DNA of 64,000 bases from Lachnospiraceae bacterium (GTDB lineage Bacteria; Bacillota; Clostridia; Lachnospirales; Lachnospiraceae). The stretch lies in the NCBI GenBank assembly GCA_045593825.1, contig JAZNXI010000177.1, forward strand, positions 13,280-77,279. The letters run 5' to 3'. Within the stretch, counting starts at the first letter, position 1. Each line of letters opens with the position of its first letter. The notes beneath the pieces were generated by a model. The model worked only from the letters and a program-made list of their open reading frames with translations. It had not been told where the DNA came from and did no database searches. Of this stretch, positions 26,865-35,381 are shown piece after piece. A program made the translations under genes and the position numbers.

Positions 26865-26963
26865 TGAAATTCACGCTCCGTTTTTGGTTCTAGCAGCCTG
26901 CTGATGTTCCTAGTATTTCCTGCTTTTTCCTCACGTATTCTGTTTCTTTCAGTGTTTTACCGG

Positions 26964-28136
26964 CTATTCTCTCGGAAGAAAACTTACTATTTCGACAATT
27001 TTTCCGTCACGGTAGTAAATGCGCGGAACACGTTTGCTGATATCGCATACCACTTCGTAATGGAAGGAGTTACCTACGGTAGCACCGATTTCTTCTGCGG
27101 AAATGAAATCATCACCGTCTCTGCCGAGTAACGTTACCACGTCACCCTGCTTTGCCTCCGGAATATCCGTTACGTCCACCATACACTGGTCCATACAGAT
27201 GCGGCCGAGAATCGGGGCGGATTTTCCGTGAATCAACACGCGGCCTGCATTGGAAAGCCCCCTTGGATAACCGTCGCCATAGCCTACGGAAAGGGTTGCT
27301 ACCCTGGTTTCCTTTTCTGTTACATAAGTGCCGCTGTAGCTGATACCTACTCCCGCAGGTAATGTTTTAATATATGCAATATGGGTTTTTACTTCCATGG
27401 CCGGAACCACAGGCATACGGTCTTTGGTAACCTCATCCGTAGGGTACATACCATACATGGTGACGCCAAAGCGGACCATATCCAGATCTCCCTCCGGAAT
27501 ATCAATAATTCCGGCACTGTTACACACATGCTTGCAAGGAATGATAATTCCTCTTGCCTCCAGTGCCTCCGCAAAATCCATATATTTCTTTAACTGATTT
27601 TTTGCAAAGGTTTTATCGGTTTCATCTGCCTTGGAAAAATGGGTAAACATTCCCAGGATTTCCACGTTGGAAAGCTTAGCGATTTTTTCAATATCTGCAA
27701 GGCTTTCCCCACAGCAGGCATAACCGATACGGCTCATGCCGGTATCCAATTTAATATGCACCTTTGCAGTTTTATTTAATTTCTTTGCGATTTCATTATA
27801 CTTTTCTGCAATTTCTGACTGGAACACCGCCATGGTAATATCGTAACGGATAGCCAATTCTGCCATTTCCGGTGCAGTATAGCCAAGGATGACAATCGGC
27901 TTGGTAAGCCCTGCCTTACGCAGTTCCACGCCTTCCTCCGGCATAGACACACCATACACCTCCACCAGGTCCTCAATGGCACGGGCCACCGGTACTGCCC
28001 CATGGCCGTAGGCATCCGCCTTTACCACACCCATCATTTTGGTGCCGGCGGGAAGTAACGCACGGCCGCTCTTTATGTTATCCCGGATAGCATCCAGGGA
28101 AATGTTTGCACAAACGCGAAAATACTCTTGTTTCAA
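26964..28136 (-). CDS. alr: Alanine racemase
   Basis: Contains the PLP-Lys motif GVVKADAYGHG and the C-terminal SYSGTY...GYGDGYPR signature. It is 390 aa. Confidence 0.92.
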   Translation of the reverse strand: MKQEYFRVCANISLDAIRDNIKSGRALLPAGTKMMGVVKADAYGHGAVPVARAIEDLVEVYGVSMPEEGVELRKAGLTKPIVILGYTAPEMAELAIRYDITMAVFQSEIAEKYNEIAKKLNKTAKVHIKLDTGMSRIGYACCGESLADIEKIAKLSNVEILGMFTHFSKADETDKTFAKNQLKKYMDFAEALEARGIIIPCKHVCNSAGIIDIPEGDLDMVRFGVTMYGMYPTDEVTKDRMPVVPAMEVKTHIAYIKTLPAGVGISYSGTYVTEKETRVATLSVGYGDGYPRGLSNAGRVLIHGKSAPILGRICMDQCMVDVTDIPEAKQGDVVTLLGRDGDDFISAEEIGATVGNSFHYEVVCDISKRVPRIYYRDGKIVEIVSFLPRE

Positions 28137-28160
28137 AATAGATTATTCCTTTCCGGTAAA

Positions 28161-29705
28161 TTAGGCATCCTGCAACAGTTCAGGAATTGCCTCCAGGATG
28201 TCACTGGCCAACATGGAGCGGGCGCCTTTCTTTTTTGCTGCCACATCTCCTGCCAGACCATGAAGATAGCAACCAGACATAGCTGCCATTTTTGGCGCCT
28301 CTCCCTGGGCAAGCAGACCTGCAATCATGCCTGCCAGCACGTCACCGCTGCCTGCGGTTGCCATGCCGTCGTTTCCGCTTACGTTGATGTAATCGGAACT
28401 GCCGAAGGAGACAATGGTTCTGACATCTTTTTTTACATAAATCAAATCATTATTATACGTGCAGGACGCACTGCTGTCAATAAGGCAACCCACTAAATCT
28501 GCCAAAGGAATTCCGGTTAATACGGATAATTCCTTTTTATGCGGGGTCAGAATGGTTTCGGCCGGAAGTAGCTTCGCCAGATAGCGGATTCTTCCTTCCA
28601 CTCCTTCCTCTACAGGGACTTTTTCGGAAATCATACGGGAAATAATATTTAATCCGTCTGCATCCACCACAAGAGGTACCTTGCATTCACAAATAACATA
28701 ATTTACAATTCGAGCACTCATGGCAGACAATCCAAGCCCCGGACCGAGAACAATTACACTTGCCCAGGATACAGCCTCACGGATAGCCTCGATATCTGCT
28801 TCGGAAATGCCATCCTCCAAAGTTTCATAGGTTGTTAAGATTGCTTCCGGAATCTGCCGCTGTAAAATCTCTCGATTTTCATTAGCAGTTAATATACGCA
28901 CCAGACCGGAGCCCATACGGTACGCTGCCGTAGCCGCAAAATACGCCGCGCCGGACATGTTTTTCGACCCTGCAATTACTAAAACCTTTCCGTAAGTTCC
29001 CTTATTGGAATTTTTCTGACGGAGCGGAAGCAATGCCTTTGGTTCTTCGTCAAAATAAAATCTGGTAGGAGCTTCTGTAAGGCCGCCCATTGCAAAGCCG
29101 ATGTCTTCCACGTATACTTTGCCCGCACATTCGGACCCCGGAAACAAAAGACATCCAACCTTCTGATAGCCAAAGGTTACCGTGACATCTGCATTTACAG
29201 CAATGCCAAGTACTTTGCCGTCGTCGGCACTGACTCCGGAAGGAATATCCACTGCTACAACCTTAGCGTTAGTTTTATTGATTTCTTCCACTACTTTACG
29301 GAATTCTCCTGCAACAGTTCTTGTTAATCCAATGCCAAACAATGCATCAACAATAACAGTATATTCTTCCCACTGCACTTTGCGAAGCATTGGGACACCG
29401 ATTTTTTTTGCAATCTTTAACTGCTGCTTTGTTTCTTTGGTGGCACGGTCTCTTTCTCCCACCATAAAAATTGCTACCTTGTAGCCTTCCATAAATAAAA
29501 TTCTGGCAGCTGCGATACCGTCGCCACCATTGTTACCGTACCCACAGACTGCCAGAATAGTATCCTTTTCGGAACACAATTCCTTTGTATGACGCACCAC
29601 CGCCATAGCAGCCTTTTCCATTAGAACCATGGACGGAATGCCCACGTTATCTATGGTGTACCGGTCTATTGCTTTCATCTGACCCGAACCAAGTGCGTAT
29701 TTCAT
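28161..29705 (-). CDS. nnr: Bifunctional NAD(P)H-hydrate epimerase / ADP-dependent dehydratase (YjeF/Nnr)
   Basis: The N-terminal YjeF_N has CGYGNNGGDG. The C-terminal carbohydrate-kinase-like domain has GSGDVLAGMIAGLLAQG. Confidence 0.9.
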   Translation of the reverse strand: MKYALGSGQMKAIDRYTIDNVGIPSMVLMEKAAMAVVRHTKELCSEKDTILAVCGYGNNGGDGIAAARILFMEGYKVAIFMVGERDRATKETKQQLKIAKKIGVPMLRKVQWEEYTVIVDALFGIGLTRTVAGEFRKVVEEINKTNAKVVAVDIPSGVSADDGKVLGIAVNADVTVTFGYQKVGCLLFPGSECAGKVYVEDIGFAMGGLTEAPTRFYFDEEPKALLPLRQKNSNKGTYGKVLVIAGSKNMSGAAYFAATAAYRMGSGLVRILTANENREILQRQIPEAILTTYETLEDGISEADIEAIREAVSWASVIVLGPGLGLSAMSARIVNYVICECKVPLVVDADGLNIISRMISEKVPVEEGVEGRIRYLAKLLPAETILTPHKKELSVLTGIPLADLVGCLIDSSASCTYNNDLIYVKKDVRTIVSFGSSDYINVSGNDGMATAGSGDVLAGMIAGLLAQGEAPKMAAMSGCYLHGLAGDVAAKKKGARSMLASDILEAIPELLQDA

Positions 29706-29713
29706 TTTACTTT

Positions 29714-30073
29714 TTAAACCTCCATAACCACATAACCAATCGCATATTCCTTTGTATTGGATATGGACACATGAATTTGCAGAATCCCTGCAGCTGCGGC
29801 CTGCTCCTTTGCCGGACCGTGAAGCACCACATACGGCTTGCCGGAAGGCTCCCTTAGTACTTCAATATCTATAGCAGAGATTTTACCGAATCCGGTGCCG
29901 AAGGCCTTTACCACCGACTCCTTTACAGCAAAATTCCCGGCCGCTCTTTGGGCATTTTCTGCAATTAACTGTTGTTCCTGTTCTGTATATATTTTTTTTC
30001 GGAACGACTCTTTTTCGTAAGCCCGCTTTACACGCTCCACCTCAATTAAATCAGTTCCGATGCCGTAAATCAT
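29714..30073 (-). CDS. acpS: Holo-[acyl-carrier-protein] synthase
   Basis: Starts MIYGIGTDLIEVERV, the canonical AcpS N-terminus. ATG 30073 overlaps the rex TGA (ATGA). The ORF-track N-terminal extension is rejected. Confidence 0.9.
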   Translation of the reverse strand: MIYGIGTDLIEVERVKRAYEKESFRKKIYTEQEQQLIAENAQRAAGNFAVKESVVKAFGTGFGKISAIDIEVLREPSGKPYVVLHGPAKEQAAAAGILQIHVSISNTKEYAIGYVVMEV

Positions 30074-30711
30074 TTCTTTGCCTCTTCTGCAGCCTTTTTC
30101 TTGTAAGAAAGACGCATTAAACTCTCGGTTAAATGTACATTCTCCTGTACGACATCCGCCGGGAGTTGAAGGTCGGTTGGCGCAAAATTCCAAATAGCTT
30201 TAATACCCCATTTTACAATATTTGCAGCCAGGGTTGGTGCCACAGCCTTTGGCACGGTAAGTGCCGCAATGTCTACCTGATTTTCTTTCAGGAACTGCTC
30301 TAAGGTATCAATGTGGGAAACCGGGATTCCGCGCACAGTAGTGCCGACAACTTCCGGATTTATATCGAAAATACCGATAACCTCAAAGCCTCTGCGCTGT
30401 AAACCTGTAGAATTGGTTAGTGCCATACCTAAATTACCGGCACCGAGAATAATCAGGTTGTTTTTTTGGTCAAGACCTAAAATTTTACCGATTTCGGTGT
30501 AAAGATACTCTACCTGATATCCATACCCCTGCTGGCCAAATCCTCCGAAATTATTTAAGTCCTGACGGATTTGGGAAGCGGTCACTCCCATTTTTTCACT
30601 TAATTCCTTGGAGGAAATTCTTACCACGTCATGGGCAAGCAACTCGCCAAGATATCTGTAATAGCGTGGCAAACGCTTAATAACCGCTATGGATATGCTT
30701 TTGGACTGCAT
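30070..30711 (-). CDS. rex: Redox-sensing transcriptional repressor Rex
   Basis: Contains IKRLPRYYRYL, ISSKELSEKMGVTASQIRQDLN and the Rossmann motif ILGAGNLG. ATG 30711 follows AGAGGTG. Confidence 0.9.
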   Translation of the reverse strand: MQSKSISIAVIKRLPRYYRYLGELLAHDVVRISSKELSEKMGVTASQIRQDLNNFGGFGQQGYGYQVEYLYTEIGKILGLDQKNNLIILGAGNLGMALTNSTGLQRRGFEVIGIFDINPEVVGTTVRGIPVSHIDTLEQFLKENQVDIAALTVPKAVAPTLAANIVKWGIKAIWNFAPTDLQLPADVVQENVHLTESLMRLSYKKKAAEEAKK

Positions 30712-30771
30712 TCTTAACACCTCTTCTCAAAATTTACCAAAATCCACCTATGCAAATTTTTTCTGCCTTTT

Positions 30772-30800
30772 ATTATACGTTGTTGTTATATTTTTGTCAA
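30772..30800 (-). promoter_or_regulatory. Consensus sigma-A promoter of the rex operon
   Basis: The minus strand reads TTGACA, a 17-nt spacer, then TATAAT, an exact consensus. It starts 1 nt after the stop of the upstream 576-aa gene. Confidence 0.7.
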
Positions 30801-30801
30801 A

Positions 30802-32532
30802 CTAGAAAAACAAACCGAATTTCTCCCGCAGGCGTTCTGTAACCTCTAATGTTCCTGCTTTTTCTTCTGTAAGCTCATATGTAAATTTGCACTCTTTCTT
30901 TTGGGATGCTTCATAGTTTTCGCCAAAAGAAACAACCATATAACGATACATTTCAAACAGTTCTTTAATTGCCTTCTTCTGACGTTTTAACAGTCTGCCT
31001 GCCGGGCGGTCACTATTTTCCGGCTTCATGGCCTTGGCAAGAGCATCCTCAATTTTACGTAAAATACCATCTTTCACTAATACCGTTTGGATAATCAGTT
31101 CTTCGTCTTCAGTTTCCATGGCTTCCACACAATACATGGTTTCTTTCATGGAAGTTAATACCAGCGTATTTTTAGCGGACTTCTTTTTCTTATGTCCCAG
31201 CTGTAATAATCCGTTTAACCAAAGCTGGCTTTCGTTGCCTCCTACCGGAACGGTTGCCAGGGAATATGCCTGCTTTCCGTTCTTTAATTTAATTTCCAGG
31301 GAATCCGGACCGGTTACTGTTCCCGCAAACAGGCTGGATGCCAGTTCATTGATTCTTTCTCTGTCTGTTTCACCCGGATAACAGTAATTTTCTACATCAA
31401 TACGGAGTACTGCATACTTCTTTAAATATCTCTGAAGGGAAACTCCCCGAAGTTTTAATACAAACTGCTCTTTTCCTGATTTAATCAAGAATTTTCCTTT
31501 TAAATCATCCTCAAAAGTAATATTGTAGGTTTCTCTGCCCGCCTGCTTCCAGACAGAATTTTTTAAAAACTGCTGCCTCCATGCTTTTTCGGAAGAAAGC
31601 TGCACCGGAAGATAAAACTCATGCACACTGTATAAACGTTCCGGCAAGAAAGCACCCTGGCGCATTTCTTCCTGATTTTTGATATAAAGCACATATGTCT
31701 TTACAATATCCTTTACCGGTGGCTTCTTTCCAAGAGCAGAAAGCATACTCTCTAAAGAAAATACTAAACGCTTATTTTCCATTCCCATAAACAAATTCAT
31801 ATTATGGAACAGGCGGTACAATTCCGGTGTGGTAGCATCCACAATAATATCGCCCTCCGGATATAAAGCAAGAATTTCCCTTAACCGGACAGCCAGGGTT
31901 TCTTCTTTCATGGCGCGGTTTAACATTACCTGCTTCTTAATTCCAAATTCTTCATTGGTAATGGTAAGCAGAAGCACCGGCATCTCCTCAGACATGGTCT
32001 GACTGATAAAGATGTGCTCCTTACGCTCTGCTTTGACCTCGTCCACATACTCATGGTAACGCTCTTTCATTCTTCTGCGGATTCCGGCGGAAAGATACTG
32101 CTCCTCATCAAATACAGACATGGAAATCACCCGGCCCATACTGATACAGTCATGAAGAAATTCACGGCTTGCATTCAATTTAGGAACGTCTGTAAAATCC
32201 GGATACTGCTTTGTTAAAGGCTCAAAGATATAATCTGCCACGGCACCGGCATCTGTTGCGTAAACTTCGGTAGGAACCTCGTCATTGCAAAACAGTTTCC
32301 ACTGGTTTCTGAATAATTCCAACGGATCAGGCGGCAACAGCTGCTCCTCTGTTATTTCTTCTCCCTCAGCAGGTTCTACTGCTTCCGGATCCTCTCTTTT
32401 ATATAAATATTCCTTGGTGCGGAAGCTTTTATCCCGGCTGAAATCTACCTGATAAAGGAAAATTTCTTCCAAACGGGATTCTTCTATTACAACATCAATA
32501 TACAATTCTCTGCTAAACAGTAAACCTGCCAT
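30802..32532 (-). CDS. Hypothetical cytoplasmic protein, 576 aa, no family recognised
   Basis: A long uninterrupted ORF with typical codon use, its own TTGACA-17-TACTAT promoter (32579-32607) and no TM segments. It has an acidic segment EDPEAVEPAEGEEITEEQ. I see no catalytic motif. Confidence 0.6.
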   Translation of the reverse strand: MAGLLFSRELYIDVVIEESRLEEIFLYQVDFSRDKSFRTKEYLYKREDPEAVEPAEGEEITEEQLLPPDPLELFRNQWKLFCNDEVPTEVYATDAGAVADYIFEPLTKQYPDFTDVPKLNASREFLHDCISMGRVISMSVFDEEQYLSAGIRRRMKERYHEYVDEVKAERKEHIFISQTMSEEMPVLLLTITNEEFGIKKQVMLNRAMKEETLAVRLREILALYPEGDIIVDATTPELYRLFHNMNLFMGMENKRLVFSLESMLSALGKKPPVKDIVKTYVLYIKNQEEMRQGAFLPERLYSVHEFYLPVQLSSEKAWRQQFLKNSVWKQAGRETYNITFEDDLKGKFLIKSGKEQFVLKLRGVSLQRYLKKYAVLRIDVENYCYPGETDRERINELASSLFAGTVTGPDSLEIKLKNGKQAYSLATVPVGGNESQLWLNGLLQLGHKKKKSAKNTLVLTSMKETMYCVEAMETEDEELIIQTVLVKDGILRKIEDALAKAMKPENSDRPAGRLLKRQKKAIKELFEMYRYMVVSFGENYEASQKKECKFTYELTEEKAGTLEVTERLREKFGLFF

Positions 32533-32632
32533 GATTATGCCCTGCCTTTCTCTTTTGTTAACAAAATCTTCTATTTACATAGTACTGTTTTCCTGATATA
32601 TTGTCAATAAAAAACGATTGAGGATACCACTT

Positions 32633-33415
32633 ATGATAAAACTGATTGCCAGCGATTTAGACGGCACCCTGTTACAGAACGGTGCCCAAAGCCTACCGGA
32701 AGGAGTTATTCCTTTTATTGAAAAATTAGCCACGGAGCACGGCATACTTTTTGTAGCCGCCAGCGGCAGACAATACCCGAATCTTGTACGGTTATTCGGT
32801 TCCGCTTCCAAACATATGGCCTTTATTTGCGAAAACGGTTCTCTTGTCTTTTACAAGGACAATCTGATAGCAGGCCATCCTATGGACAAAGAGGCTGCTC
32901 TCGCCATAAGTCATGACATTTTATCCCTACCGGGCTGCGAACTTCAGATATCCGGTGAAAAAACCTGCTATCTGATTCCTAAAAGCGAACGATTTGTGGA
33001 CCGCATGGTAAACCATGTAAAAAATGACATTAAACTTTTGGCCACACCGGAAGACCATCCGGAACCATACTACAAAATCTCCGTATTTGAAGAAAGCGGA
33101 ATCGCAGACGGCCACGGACCGGAGTTGTTACTCCGCCATAGCGATAAAGCCCAGTGCACCATTTCAGGTAAAGCCTGGTTAGACTGTGTTGCCCCGGGTG
33201 TTAACAAAGGCAAAGCCCTTCAGGAATTGATTGACAGGCTTGGTATCAGCACCGGGGAATGCGCTGCGTTTGGTGACAATTTCAACGATTTAGAAATGCT
33301 GGATGTCGTCAAATACGGATATGCTATGGATAATGCAATAGACGAAATTAAATCCAGATATAATTATCACTGCAAGGATGTTATTACTTCCATAAAAGAA
33401 TTATTACAATTATAA
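32633..33415 (+). CDS. Cof-type HAD-IIB family hydrolase
   Basis: Contains IASDLDGTLL (motif I), AASGR (motif II) and FGDNFNDLEML (motif IV). ATG 32633 follows GAGGA. Confidence 0.88.
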   Translation: MIKLIASDLDGTLLQNGAQSLPEGVIPFIEKLATEHGILFVAASGRQYPNLVRLFGSASKHMAFICENGSLVFYKDNLIAGHPMDKEAALAISHDILSLPGCELQISGEKTCYLIPKSERFVDRMVNHVKNDIKLLATPEDHPEPYYKISVFEESGIADGHGPELLLRHSDKAQCTISGKAWLDCVAPGVNKGKALQELIDRLGISTGECAAFGDNFNDLEMLDVVKYGYAMDNAIDEIKSRYNYHCKDVITSIKELLQL

Positions 33416-33467
33416 AAACGACCGCTTTGGCTAAGATGCAAATTCCCTGCCAAAGCGGTATTTTTAT
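33414..33467. terminator. Bidirectional rho-independent terminator
   Basis: The stem is accgctttggc / gccaaagcggt, flanked by an A-run and a T-run. Confidence 0.75.
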
Positions 33468-35353
33468 TAATTTGCTTGTTTTCTTCTGTGACGTTCTTTT
33501 TCTTCATACATCAAGCGGTCGGAACGTTCTATCAGGTCTGCAAAACTTAAAAGCTCATTTTCTCCGGTAATGTAAATACCGATGCTGGCGCTCACCTCAT
33601 ATGGTTTTTCCGAAGCTTGATTAAACTCATTGAAATACTCTGTAAACGCAGCCCGGATGTCTTCCGGATTCAGCCTGCCTCGGCAAACTCCCAACATTTC
33701 ATCGCCACCAAAGCGGTTAAATAAAGAACCTTCCGGACATACAGCCTCTAATGCCTTTGCCACCGCACGGATAGCAAAATCACCTTCATTATGTCCAAAC
33801 GTATCATTAATATACTTCAGACGGTCCAAATCGGCCAAAATTATGGTTAACTGCATCTTATCCCGAACAGTTTCCAACAGTTTTTGATATGCCAGGGCAA
33901 AACCACGACGGTTATACATACCGGTTAGTGTATCAATCCGGGACATTTCATCAATCTGACTCATCAGATAATTTTTATATCGCATATTCCGGTAACCACC
34001 CAGGGCAGACCCCAAAGCATTTACAATTTGTGTAATACGGGACCCTTGGGTATGATCCAGACGCGTAAAAAAGAACGCCACATACCCCGTAGGAACGCCC
34101 AGATGCTGCAACGCCGTTAACACAACGACTCTACCGGTATACAGGCAATACTGCAGACTTGGAATAATCCAATCCAACGGCATACTGCATGGTTGGTTTT
34201 CCACCTCGTAATTAAAATCATAGAGCAATAACATTTCCCGTGATTTATCATTTACCCGATCCATAGAAAACTCTTCCGGATTTCTTTCTTCATCTAAGAA
34301 ATCTTTCTCCATGACACAGCACATATCATAAAACATCTGATGTCTCAGCTGTTCTACAACCTGTTTTGCATTATCACAACGTTGAATATTTGCCACGATG
34401 GAAGACAACCGGATAGCTTCATCCTGATATAAATAAAAACGGTCGTTTAACGAATTTAAATATCGGGAAGCATCTACCGGCTGCTTTTGTTTACAGCCAC
34501 AGGATTCCGCCACATTCATTCTGGCAGGCACGATAAAGCTTTCTGTGGAACCCTTTAATGCTTCTATTCTTATCAGAATCTCCAATGTCTTTTTCGCCAT
34601 ATCCATTGGCTCGCAGCAGGCCGAGGTGATTCTTGGAGAGGAGAAGTTAATTTCCAAAACCCCGTCAAAGCCGGTTACCGCCACCTGCTCAGGAATTTTA
34701 ATATCGTTACGGGTTAAAACGCCGCACACAGCAATTGCCATTTTATCATTTGCACAGATTATTGCCTGCGGAAGCTTTCCGGAAGCAACTATTTTTTCCG
34801 CCTCACGTTCTGCCGGACCGGACCAAAAGTCACCATAGCTTATCATGCTGTCATCCACCGGAAGATTGTATTCCTGCATTACCTTTTTAAAAACTTCCAA
34901 ACGCTGGTCCGAAAACGGGTTATCTTTGATACCGGCCATAAAATGAAGGTCCGTCATTTTATGAACCTCTATCATATGGCGCAGTACATTTTCGAAACCC
35001 TTTTCCTGATCAAATCTGATATTGATACAGCCTTCCCTCCGGTCTCCGTAAATGATAACCGGAACATTATGCTCCTTTGCCGCATCAACGAGTGCCCGGA
35101 TAACCTCCTCACTTTGGATAGATTCCTGGACAATAATAACTACATCGATAACGGAAAAATCCATGAGACGGTAAATATAGAATCGAGGGTCTGAATAGCA
35201 ATTATCCGTGTTAAACACAGTTCCGGTATTATATACAATTACACCGTAACCGACACCGAATACCACGTCATTTAATGCAGTTATATAATCGTTTGTTGCA
35301 TTGTCTTGTATTCTTGCTGTACAAACGGCAATGATTTTTTTGTTTTCAATCAT
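33467..35353 (-). CDS. Cytoplasmic LacI-type (Peripla_BP) ligand-binding domain + linker domain + GGDEF diguanylate cyclase (GGDEM variant)
   Basis: No signal peptide or TM. The N-terminal 280 aa are sugar-binding-fold-like (KIIAVCTARIQD..., ICANDKMAIAV, VTGFDG). The C-terminus is DTLTGMYNRRGF...DLDRLKYINDTFGHNEGD...RFGGDEML. Confidence 0.85.
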   Translation of the reverse strand: MIENKKIIAVCTARIQDNATNDYITALNDVVFGVGYGVIVYNTGTVFNTDNCYSDPRFYIYRLMDFSVIDVVIIVQESIQSEEVIRALVDAAKEHNVPVIIYGDRREGCINIRFDQEKGFENVLRHMIEVHKMTDLHFMAGIKDNPFSDQRLEVFKKVMQEYNLPVDDSMISYGDFWSGPAEREAEKIVASGKLPQAIICANDKMAIAVCGVLTRNDIKIPEQVAVTGFDGVLEINFSSPRITSACCEPMDMAKKTLEILIRIEALKGSTESFIVPARMNVAESCGCKQKQPVDASRYLNSLNDRFYLYQDEAIRLSSIVANIQRCDNAKQVVEQLRHQMFYDMCCVMEKDFLDEERNPEEFSMDRVNDKSREMLLLYDFNYEVENQPCSMPLDWIIPSLQYCLYTGRVVVLTALQHLGVPTGYVAFFFTRLDHTQGSRITQIVNALGSALGGYRNMRYKNYLMSQIDEMSRIDTLTGMYNRRGFALAYQKLLETVRDKMQLTIILADLDRLKYINDTFGHNEGDFAIRAVAKALEAVCPEGSLFNRFGGDEMLGVCRGRLNPEDIRAAFTEYFNEFNQASEKPYEVSASIGIYITGENELLSFADLIERSDRLMYEEKERHRRKQAN

Positions 35354-35381
35354 ATTGACACCCCAGTCATTTATCTATAGC

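Noticed and set aside
26865-26963. A 14-codon GTG ORF (VRKKQEILGTSAGC) considered as a possible MazE.
   Set aside because: It is far shorter than any known MazE (56-93 aa), has no RHH or AbrB-like pattern, and has no convincing RBS. It is reported only as part of the missing-antitoxin finding.
30721-30771. I searched the rex leader for a Rex operator (TTGTGAA-N4-TTCACAA).
   Set aside because: No match better than scattered half-site fragments, so autoregulation cannot be supported from sequence.
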